This document shows positions 1 through 7,131 of a stretch of DNA of 26,024 nucleotides, piece by piece. Within the stretch, counting starts at the first letter, position 1. Each line of letters opens with the position of its first letter. A program made the translations under genes and the position numbers. The notes under the pieces are model-generated. The model was not told the origin of the DNA. It made no database searches and saw nothing but the letters and a program-made list of their open reading frames with translations. This DNA is from a phage: the NCBI GenBank assembly GCA_012702815.1, contig GCA_012702815.1_3927.1. One strand, written 5' to 3'.

Positions 1-108
1 AGCTTTTTAAAAGCTATTAAATAATCTTTTAAGAGTTTTAAAGTATCTGTATAGTTAAACTGTTAAGTAACCTTTTAAGTAAAAACCCACTTCGCAAAGA
101 TTAACACC

Positions 109-142
109 TTGTCAAGTACATTGTCAACTTGCTTTTTATAAT
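109..142 (+). promoter_or_regulatory. candidate promoter upstream of DNA polymerase (TTGTCAAG box - 22 nt - TATAAT)
   Basis: TTGTCAAG at 109-116, TATAAT at 137-142; a second TTGTCAA at 121-127. Spacing is non-canonical for sigma70. Confidence 0.3.
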
Positions 143-187
143 TTTTTGCAGTAATGTATGAGGTTAATGATTTTAGAGGGAGTAAAA

Positions 188-2887
188 ATGGAAAACGTAG
201 ATTTTAAAAACTTACATTTAGTTGGTGATACAGAAACTGATGGTTTACTCCTTGAGTTCACTAAAGTGCACGTAATGGCTTTCGCAGACTATAAATCTGA
301 CGATGAAGAGCCACCTGTATGGGTCTTTACAGATGAGCCTATCCTCGGTCACAAGTACACTAAGTACATTAAGGGTGGTTTACGTGAAGGTGTTGAGTTT
401 GCGTTAAAGGCAAAACGACTTTGTATCCATAATGGTCTCGGTTATGACTGGTGGGTTTTCAATCACATTGCACCTGATTTATGGAACTTTGATAATCCAA
501 AGTGTAAGCCGTGGAGTAATTTCTTTCAGGATTCTCTTATCCAGTCTCGTGTTCAGTGGATGGATAGACCAACTCCAAAGGGTTATAAAGGTGCTCATGG
601 CTTGGCTGCATGGGGTGCTCGTGTTGGTGTTCGTAAACCAGAGATTGAACATTGGGGTGTATGGAATGCAGAAATCTTCACTCGTGTTGTGGAAGATATC
701 CGTATTAACGCCAAAACTAAACGCGCACTGGATAATGAGTATCTCAAGCTTAAGAAGTGTGGTATAGACACTTATGAAACCTACATGCGAGCTAAAGAGA
801 CATCTTTCTGGATGAGTCAACAAGCTATCAATGGTTGGAAAGCTGATAAAGAGCTTATGGAGTTCCATGTAAAGGAACTTGACAAGTTGACTAATGAGCT
901 TGCTTCAGAAGTTGAACCACATCTTCCTCCAACTATTAAGACCAAAGGTAAAGTCACTGGAGAAGAGTTTGCAAAAGCTTGGAATGAGTATGTTGAAGCA
1001 TTTGGTCACGCAGATGGACTGAAGAGAATTACCAAGTACCCTAAGACGAAGTATCGTCAGCAGGTACGTAACGGTGAGATGCAGACATATGAAATCAAGC
1101 CATTTGGTAAGCCAACTACAAAGATTTTTAACATTGAAAAGAGAAATTGCTATACACCAACCAACTCTGTAACTGGTGAAGAGTACAAGGAGGGTTTTGT
1201 AGCAATGAAGGATGCTCGTGCAATTTGCAATGAGTTGAATGCAAAGATTGGTAAGAAATGCAAAGACTGGAAGCCAGTAAAAACAGTTAAAACTGTGAAG
1301 TACTATAACAGTCATGTTGTTAACCACTTTGAGCTTGAGTCAAGTCGCTACACAGGATTGATTGATGCACCATATACACCAATTGAGTTTGAAGTTTCTC
1401 GTATGACTCAGGTAGCAGTTGTTAAAGACTACTTGAAATCAGTTGGTTGGATTCCAGATGACTGGAACTACAAGAAAGATTCAGACGGTCGCCCTGTCAA
1501 AGTTTGTCGTTTCAAAGACAACAAAAAGATGATTACAAAGCATCCTAAGTGGCAGGAGATGGTTGAACGGTGTGGGTTGAGTTATGTTGAACACGAAGGT
1601 GTCCAGTACATCGAACATAACTGGTCTGTGAAGAAGTACACGGATTTGCTTGAACCTTGCTTAATCCGTACTTCACCAAAACTTACTGAATCTTCTTATG
1701 ATACGATTGAAGGTGAGCTTGGACAGAAGATTGCTAAATACTATACTTTGATGCACCGACGCAGAACCATTGAGAACTCAAAGGATGATGAAAAAGGTTG
1801 GCTAAACCAGATTCGTCCAGATGGTCGCCTTAGTGCTGGTGCAATGGTATTTGGTACTTCAACTGGACGTATGACACAATATGGTATTGTAAACGTACCG
1901 TCTGGTGCTGCTGTCTATGGGGAACCAATGAGGGCAGTGTGGATTTGTGAAGAAGGTACTAACGTTGTCTCTGTAGACATGAACTCAGCCCAGCTAGTTC
2001 TCCTTTGTAACTTTATGGGTGACAAAGACTTCACCAAAGCGGTAACGCAAGGTAAAGAAGAGATTGAGTTTATTCGTCAAGAAGATGGACGCTATTACTG
2101 CAAACACTTTGATGAGTACCTCAACCCAGAGATTGATAAGTACCTTCGTTATGACTCTGAGAATGACCTGTACGTTGTCTATTCAGGGACTGATGCACAT
2201 ACACTGAATAGTATTTACTTTAGCTTGAATGATGAGCAGGACATCTTGACTTGTCGTGCTACTCAGGATGAGAACCTTCTTCATGAGATTAGTAAGGGTC
2301 GTAAGAAAGCTAAGAATGGTATCTATGCACTGCTGTTCGGTGCAGGTGATGAGAAGTTTGCTAAGACGATTAAGGCTGCAACTACTCAGGAAGGTGCGCT
2401 GACTAAACAGACTTACTTTATCCGTTTGCCTAAAATTAAGAAGTTGCTAGATGACTTGGAAGCTGACTACAAAGCGACTAAAAAGGCACTTGAAGAGGTT
2501 TTTGGTAAGACCGCTGCAATCTCTAAAGGGGGATTTGTAAAGGTTGCTGGAGCTTGGTTGTGGTGTAAATCTCCACACAAACTGTTGAACTATCTTTTGA
2601 TGGGTTCAGAGGCTCAGATTCAAAATGAGGCAATTAACCTTGCTTGTCGTCGTATGATTGACGAAGGTTTGATGAAGTTAAATGGTCGTAAACCAGCTAT
2701 TGGTGCTCGTTTGCTCTGCGCATATCACGATGAAACAAGCTGGGAATGTCCAGAAAGTATGACGGCAGAAGTGAAAGCAGTTACTGACTGGTATTATGGA
2801 CAAGCTTCTAAGAATTTAGGTCTTAAGAAAGAAACACTTGTAACAGGTACTGGTAAGGTTGGTAAAAGCTGGCTTGAAGTGCACTAA
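188..2887 (+). CDS. DNA polymerase, family A (Pol I / T7 gp5-like) with N-terminal 3'-5' exonuclease domain
   Basis: ORF 158..2887; start placed at ATG 188, 5 nt after GAGGGAG (176-182). Exo motifs DTETDG and HNGLGYDWW near the N-terminus; polymerase motif A (VSVDMNSAQL), motif B (KAKNGIYALLFGAGDEKFA) and motif C (YHDE) in the C-terminal half. Confidence 0.9.
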   Translation: MENVDFKNLHLVGDTETDGLLLEFTKVHVMAFADYKSDDEEPPVWVFTDEPILGHKYTKYIKGGLREGVEFALKAKRLCIHNGLGYDWWVFNHIAPDLWNFDNPKCKPWSNFFQDSLIQSRVQWMDRPTPKGYKGAHGLAAWGARVGVRKPEIEHWGVWNAEIFTRVVEDIRINAKTKRALDNEYLKLKKCGIDTYETYMRAKETSFWMSQQAINGWKADKELMEFHVKELDKLTNELASEVEPHLPPTIKTKGKVTGEEFAKAWNEYVEAFGHADGLKRITKYPKTKYRQQVRNGEMQTYEIKPFGKPTTKIFNIEKRNCYTPTNSVTGEEYKEGFVAMKDARAICNELNAKIGKKCKDWKPVKTVKTVKYYNSHVVNHFELESSRYTGLIDAPYTPIEFEVSRMTQVAVVKDYLKSVGWIPDDWNYKKDSDGRPVKVCRFKDNKKMITKHPKWQEMVERCGLSYVEHEGVQYIEHNWSVKKYTDLLEPCLIRTSPKLTESSYDTIEGELGQKIAKYYTLMHRRRTIENSKDDEKGWLNQIRPDGRLSAGAMVFGTSTGRMTQYGIVNVPSGAAVYGEPMRAVWICEEGTNVVSVDMNSAQLVLLCNFMGDKDFTKAVTQGKEEIEFIRQEDGRYYCKHFDEYLNPEIDKYLRYDSENDLYVVYSGTDAHTLNSIYFSLNDEQDILTCRATQDENLLHEISKGRKKAKNGIYALLFGAGDEKFAKTIKAATTQEGALTKQTYFIRLPKIKKLLDDLEADYKATKKALEEVFGKTAAISKGGFVKVAGAWLWCKSPHKLLNYLLMGSEAQIQNEAINLACRRMIDEGLMKLNGRKPAIGARLLCAYHDETSWECPESMTAEVKAVTDWYYGQASKNLGLKKETLVTGTGKVGKSWLEVH

Positions 2888-2893
2888 TTAGTA

Positions 2894-2929
2894 TTGACAA
2901 GGTACTCATGGAAGAGTACCTTGTACAAT
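2894..2929 (+). promoter_or_regulatory. candidate promoter/operator (TTGACAAG box, perfect 11-bp inverted repeat, TACAAT)
   Basis: TTGACAAG at 2894-2901; inverted repeat ACAAGGTACTC (2897-2907) / GAGTACCTTGT (2914-2924); TACAAT at 2924-2929; RBS and ATG 2949 follow. Confidence 0.35.
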
Positions 2930-2948
2930 ATCTTATATAGGAGGGCTT

Positions 2949-3158
2949 ATGAGCCACCGTGGAAGAACCCATGCAGCAATGATGAAAGGTGCTTCAAAGG
3001 AAACTATCAAGAATCGTAAGCAGAAGTTGTTTGAGAGAATAAACAGGTTGATTGACAATTCATCTCTTTCAGGTTCTGAGAAGGTTTTCTTGAAAGGTAA
3101 TCTGAAAAGCATTGCACAAGAACTTGTAGATATTGAATATTGGAGACATCAAAAATGA
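2949..3158 (+). CDS. hypothetical small basic protein
   Basis: ORF with strong RBS AGGAGG (2938-2943) about 5 nt upstream of the ATG; sits in a tightly packed same-strand gene series. Confidence 0.6.
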   Translation: MSHRGRTHAAMMKGASKETIKNRKQKLFERINRLIDNSSLSGSEKVFLKGNLKSIAQELVDIEYWRHQK

Positions 3159-3373
3159 CACTTGCAGACGTTATTCAGCAACTTCATGATAACTGCTACA
3201 CTCCAGAGTTAATTCAGGAGATGTCCATTATAGTCATGCCTAGCAAGTTCGTAAAAACCTTTAACAACGACGCTTTAAGGTCTACACACATCCTTATCGT
3301 TGACGGTAAGATTGCAAAAGACCGTACTGGAGTACTTAAAGGTGAACGTATTGATATTCTGGAGTTGCTATGA
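3155..3373 (+). CDS. hypothetical protein
   Basis: ORF 3140..3373; start preferred at ATG 3155, which forms an ATGA overlap with the upstream stop; GGAGA lies upstream. Confidence 0.5.
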   Translation: MTLADVIQQLHDNCYTPELIQEMSIIVMPSKFVKTFNNDALRSTHILIVDGKIAKDRTGVLKGERIDILELL

Positions 3374-3516
3374 AGAAAATGTACAGTCTCTGGGGAAGGG
3401 TTGGTAAAGGTTTTGACTGGACACTTCTTCGTTCAAACGTTAAACGTAGTGAATTACCAGAACTCATTACCCACTATTTAAAAACATACAGAGAGGTAGA
3501 CTATCGTGAACAATAA
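3370..3516 (+). CDS. hypothetical small protein (48 aa), absent from the supplied ORF track
   Basis: Uninterrupted frame ATG 3370 to TAA 3514-3516 (MKKMYSLWGRVGKGFDW...DYREQ). GGAG at 3361-3364; ATGA overlap with the upstream stop; fills an otherwise empty ~130 nt gap. Confidence 0.35.
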   Translation: MKKMYSLWGRVGKGFDWTLLRSNVKRSELPELITHYLKTYREVDYREQ

Positions 3517-3763
3517 GGTTAAGAGTTGTGTGAAAGCAATGGTTGCACTTGGAGTAATTTTTCTATCTGGCTGCAACCCCTCTTACGAGGACAAAAACGC
3601 TTCTTATAGCCTCCCACCAGAGATGCAAGATTGCAAAGTCTATAAGTTACATGGTGATGCCATAAGCAGAGATATTGTTGTTGTCAGATGTCCAAACTCT
3701 CAAACAACAACATCTTATAGTTATGGGAAAAATGGTCAATCACACACTACGGTTATTGAGTGA
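3506..3763 (+). CDS. putative lipoprotein (signal peptide with lipobox L-S-G-C)
   Basis: GTG start. N-terminus MNNKVKSCVKAMVALGVIFLSG-C has a basic n-region, hydrophobic core and lipobox LSGC with Cys at position 23. GAGAGG upstream. Confidence 0.6.
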   Translation: MNNKVKSCVKAMVALGVIFLSGCNPSYEDKNASYSLPPEMQDCKVYKLHGDAISRDIVVVRCPNSQTTTSYSYGKNGQSHTTVIE

Positions 3764-3773
3764 GGTTTTCACG

Positions 3774-3980
3774 ATGGAAGTCCTAGTAAACTATATCTAT
3801 TGTTATGATGTTGTTCACTCCACTACAACCGTAGCTCAACGTAACCCAATCGTCCCACGAGAAGGTGAGTTGGTTCGCATCGAGGGTTGGACTTACACTG
3901 TGGAAAGCATCATCCATAAGTTTGATGTTGCTGGTGATGTTCAGGTTATCGACGTAGAGATTGGTGGTAAGAGAAAATGA
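3774..3980 (+). CDS. hypothetical protein
   Basis: ORF 3675..3980 overlaps the lipoprotein gene; internal ATG 3774 preferred (GTGAGGT 8 nt upstream, no overlap). Stop overlaps the next ATG (ATGA). Confidence 0.5.
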   Translation: MEVLVNYIYCYDVVHSTTTVAQRNPIVPREGELVRIEGWTYTVESIIHKFDVAGDVQVIDVEIGGKRK

Positions 3981-4195
3981 CTGTAGAAGATAAATTTAAG
4001 AACGCAGTTCTTACAGAAGATGGTGAGCTTGAAACATTCATTCTTCGTGTTGATGGTAAGTTATTCCGGTGTCGTTGTGGGTCAAACTGTTTCCATAAAC
4101 CGGATAAAAATGACTTAGAGCTTTACGCATGTAATGCCTGCAATACTTGGTATCACTCAGAGGTGAAAAATGACAACACTGTACAAACAAAATAA
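3977..4195 (+). CDS. small zinc-ribbon-like protein (CxC...CxxC)
   Basis: Four cysteines arranged C-R-C ... C-N-A-C; translationally coupled to neighbours. Confidence 0.55.
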   Translation: MTVEDKFKNAVLTEDGELETFILRVDGKLFRCRCGSNCFHKPDKNDLELYACNACNTWYHSEVKNDNTVQTK

Positions 4196-5273
4196 AGACG
4201 GCTCTTTTAACGTCTGGTCATGCGTTGCTGTAGGTGACAAAGTTATTACAACCTACGGTAAAGAAAATGGCAAGATGATGTTTGAAGAGTATACAGCAGA
4301 ACCTAAAAACATCGGTAAAAAGAATGAGCGTAACGCTGAACAGCAAGCTCTCTTTGAAGTTGCTGCAAAGTATAAAAAGCAGGTTGACCGCAAAGGTTAT
4401 GCTTACACAAAAGAGTCTGCACAGAATACCGAGAAGGTAGGTGTACAGCTTGCTCATGATGCTGCAAAGGTTAGCCATGCAAAGTATCTGAAGTTCCCTG
4501 CTGATGCTCAACCGAAACTTGATGGTGTCCGTTGTAGGATTTCAAGGCACTTGAGTATTGGCAGTGTATTTACAGCATATTCTCGTGAGAATACTGTTTA
4601 CAAAATCCCTACTGAACTAATACCTGACATTATGGCAATGTTAAGGCTCCACAAAGATGTTGATGAATTTGATGGAGAGATTTATGCTCATGGGTGGGAC
4701 TTAGAAGATATCGTCTCCATGATTAAAAATGAAGACAATCCTGACAGACACCTACTCAAGTTTTACTGGTATGATATCTGTGACAGTACTAAGACGTGGC
4801 CTGAGCGTAGAGATATTATTGAGACTTCACCATTGAATGACTTCAGAGACGGCTGTAAAGTTGTCCCTGTTAAGTCTCGTCGTGTTAACTCTTGGGAAGA
4901 GTTTGATGAAGCTCATGATAAGTGGGTTGAAGCTAAGTTTGAAGGTGCAATGTACCGTTCAATCTCTGAAGACTCCTTCTATGAGTGTTGTCACCGTTCG
5001 TACTTCTTGATTAAGCACAAGAAGATGCACACTGAAGAGTTTAAAGTGACTGGTGTCAAGACTGATAAACGTGGTCATGGCAAGTTCGTTGTAGAGACTC
5101 TTCCTAATGTCTTTGTAGATGTCTCATGGAAGACTACTCATGAGAAGAAACAGTATCTTGCTGAGCATCCTGAAGAGTTTATCGGGAAACCTTTAACGGT
5201 ACAGTTCCAGAAGATGACTCGCAAGGGGTCTTTGCAGTTCCCTGTTGGACTAGTTATTCGAGACTACGAATAA
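4170..5273 (+). CDS. ATP-dependent DNA ligase
   Basis: Adenylation motif I KLDGVR (Lys about residue 116) and downstream FDGEIY motif. RBS AGAGGTG before ATG 4170. About 100 aa of extra N-terminal sequence relative to the minimal T7-type ligase. Confidence 0.85.
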   Translation: MTTLYKQNKDGSFNVWSCVAVGDKVITTYGKENGKMMFEEYTAEPKNIGKKNERNAEQQALFEVAAKYKKQVDRKGYAYTKESAQNTEKVGVQLAHDAAKVSHAKYLKFPADAQPKLDGVRCRISRHLSIGSVFTAYSRENTVYKIPTELIPDIMAMLRLHKDVDEFDGEIYAHGWDLEDIVSMIKNEDNPDRHLLKFYWYDICDSTKTWPERRDIIETSPLNDFRDGCKVVPVKSRRVNSWEEFDEAHDKWVEAKFEGAMYRSISEDSFYECCHRSYFLIKHKKMHTEEFKVTGVKTDKRGHGKFVVETLPNVFVDVSWKTTHEKKQYLAEHPEEFIGKPLTVQFQKMTRKGSLQFPVGLVIRDYE

Positions 5274-5280
5274 AAAGTTG

Positions 5281-5308
5281 TTGACATAGAAAATTTGGTG
5301 AGTATACT
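5281..5308 (+). promoter_or_regulatory. sigma70-like promoter candidate (TTGACA - 16 nt - TATACT)
   Basis: TTGACA at 5281-5286 and TATACT at 5303-5308, in the intergenic region after the ligase gene; a 9-bp inverted repeat (5296-5304 / 5329-5337) flanks the -10 and predicted start site. Confidence 0.5.
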
Positions 5309-5341
5309 GAGCAGCATAAACCAACGGGTACTCACCAGCAT

Positions 5342-5500
5342 CACTTAAGAGTCTTTCTAAGAGGGTTTTTAAGTAATGTGATGTTTGGTTTGGTGTGGTC
5401 AGGTAATGTGATGTCTGGTTTAGTGCGGTGATGTGCGGTCCGGTAAGGTCCGGTGCGGTAAAGTGCGGGTAGTTAGTCTCAGCTACATTAAAATGAGACT
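5342..5500 (+). repeat. composite repeat module A1 (type-1 header + 19 phased pentamers + hairpin)
   Basis: Header CACTTAAGAGTCTTTCTAAGAGGGTTTTTAAGT (5342-5374); NGTNN pentamers in unbroken 5-nt phase 5377-5471; hairpin AGTCTCA / TGAGACT with loop GCTACATTAAAA (5475-5500), followed by TACC TTTTT. Confidence 0.8.
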
Positions 5501-5504
5501 TACC

Positions 5505-5633
5505 TTTTTAAAAGGTCTTTAAGAGGGTCTTTTAATAAGGTGCTGTATGGTAAGGTGATGTCTGGTGTGGTAGGGTGAGGTTAAGTGAGGTGAGGTATGG
5601 GTGGATGGTAGTAGCCACGTTAAAAATCTACCA
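5505..5633 (+). repeat. composite repeat module A2 (type-2 header + 12 phased pentamers + hairpin)
   Basis: Header TTTTTAAAAGGTCTTTAAGAGGGTCTTTTAATAAGGT (5505-5541); phased pentamers 5539-5598; hairpin TGGTAG / CTACCA with 16-nt loop TAGCCACGTTAAAAAT (5606-5633). A degenerate third header copy follows at about 5642-5668. Confidence 0.8.
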
Positions 5634-5690
5634 AGTTTCTAAAGAGTCTTCTGTTGAGGGTTCTTTACAAACAACTTAACAATCAACTAA

Positions 5691-6296
<606 letters not shown>

Positions 6297-6298
6297 TT

Positions 6299-6739
6299 AT
6301 GAATACAAAAGCATTAGCAGCAAAGTTTAGTTACGGTGACACTGTATCACACTCTGAGATGGACACCTTCTTAGGTATTGTGAAGCCAACTTATCAAGGT
6401 GACATTGTTAAGTACGAAGATGAAATGAAGGCTTATGCGCTTACACGTCTAAACCGACTTGAAAAGTTTATTGAAAAACTTCTTAAAGAAGAGAAGATTT
6501 ATCTGGTTGCTTCAATGGGTGTTGGTTATCGTGTGGTTGAACCTAAGCATCAAGCAACTATTGCAAAACGCAAAATGTCTGGTAAGATTGGTCGTGCTTT
6601 AAAGCAAGCCACTCAAGCGATTGAGAATGTGAACACTATGGCACTTAGTCATCAAGAACGTTCACGACTGATTGAACAGCAAAATCACTTAGCTGCTATG
6701 AAAGCTAATATTAACAAGCAACGCAGAAAACCTTTCTAA
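6299..6739 (+). CDS. hypothetical protein (second gene of repeat-bracketed cassette)
   Basis: Starts 2 nt after the upstream stop; followed by an intrinsic terminator at 6751-6773. Lys/Arg-rich C-terminus. Confidence 0.6.
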   Translation: MNTKALAAKFSYGDTVSHSEMDTFLGIVKPTYQGDIVKYEDEMKAYALTRLNRLEKFIEKLLKEEKIYLVASMGVGYRVVEPKHQATIAKRKMSGKIGRALKQATQAIENVNTMALSHQERSRLIEQQNHLAAMKANINKQRRKPF

Positions 6740-6750
6740 GTTGACTAGGT

Positions 6751-6773
6751 AGCCTCTTCGGAGGCTCCTTTTT
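6751..6773 (+). terminator. intrinsic terminator after the two-gene cassette
   Basis: Stem AGCCTC / GAGGCT with TTCG tetraloop (6751-6766), then CC and TTTTT (6769-6773). Confidence 0.6.
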
Positions 6774-6902
6774 AAAAGGTCTTTAAAGAGGGTCTTTTAA
6801 TAAGGTAAGGCACGGTTATGTCAGGTATGGTACGGTACGGTTAGGTAAGGTGAGGCGGAGTAAGGTATGGGTAGTTAATCGGAGCTACATTAAAATTCGA
6901 TT
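6769..6902 (+). repeat. composite repeat module B1 (type-2 header + phased pentamers + hairpin)
   Basis: Header matches A2 apart from a single 1-nt indel (6769-6806); pentamers 6804-6868; hairpin AATCGGA / TTCGATT with the same loop as A1, GCTACATTAAAA (6877-6902). Confidence 0.8.
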
Positions 6903-7040
6903 ACATCACTTAAGAGTCTTTTAAGAGGGTTTTTAAGTGAGGTGTGGCACGGTAATGTTAGGTAGGGTCAGGTCAGGTCAGGTGAGGTAAGGTAAGGTGA
7001 TGTATGGAAGGATGGCAGTAGCCTTATAAAAAATCTGCCA
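6903..7040 (+). repeat. composite repeat module B2 (type-1 header + phased pentamers + hairpin)
   Basis: Header matches A1 apart from a single 1-nt indel (6906-6938); pentamers about 6936-7005 including GGTCA x3; hairpin TGGCAG / CTGCCA with loop TAGCCTTATAAAAAAT (7013-7040). Confidence 0.8.
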
Positions 7041-7058
7041 AATAAGCTATAAAATCTG

Positions 7059-7093
7059 TTGACAAGTCAGGTGTTATAGCTTATTTTTATACT
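7059..7093 (+). promoter_or_regulatory. candidate promoter (TTGACAAG box - 23 nt - TATACT) inside a 9-bp inverted repeat
   Basis: TTGACAAG at 7059-7066, TATACT at 7088-7093; inverted repeat AAGCTATAA (7044-7052) / TTATAGCTT (7074-7082) brackets the TTGACA box. Confidence 0.35.
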
Positions 7094-7131
7094 CAATGTA
7101 ATACAAAATTTAATATAACTTTGAGGTCATT

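Noticed and set aside
158-187. Upstream ATG (158) as start of the DNA polymerase gene
   Set aside because: It has no RBS, whereas ATG 188 is preceded by GAGGGAG at the right spacing; the extra 10 codons (MRLMILEGVK) are unlikely to be translated.
432-1327. ORFs 432..767 (+), 479..868 (-) and 905..1327 (-)
   Set aside because: All lie inside the DNA polymerase coding region in other frames or antisense; hydrophobic low-complexity translations typical of spurious ORFs in AT-rich DNA.
3675-3773. N-terminal extension of ORF 3675..3980
   Set aside because: It would overlap most of the lipoprotein gene in another frame; the internal ATG 3774 has an RBS and removes the overlap.
5375-5470. Short peptide coding in the pentamer arrays
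   Set aside because: A 5-nt period cannot keep a reading frame; all frames hit stops within about 20 codons and there is no RBS.
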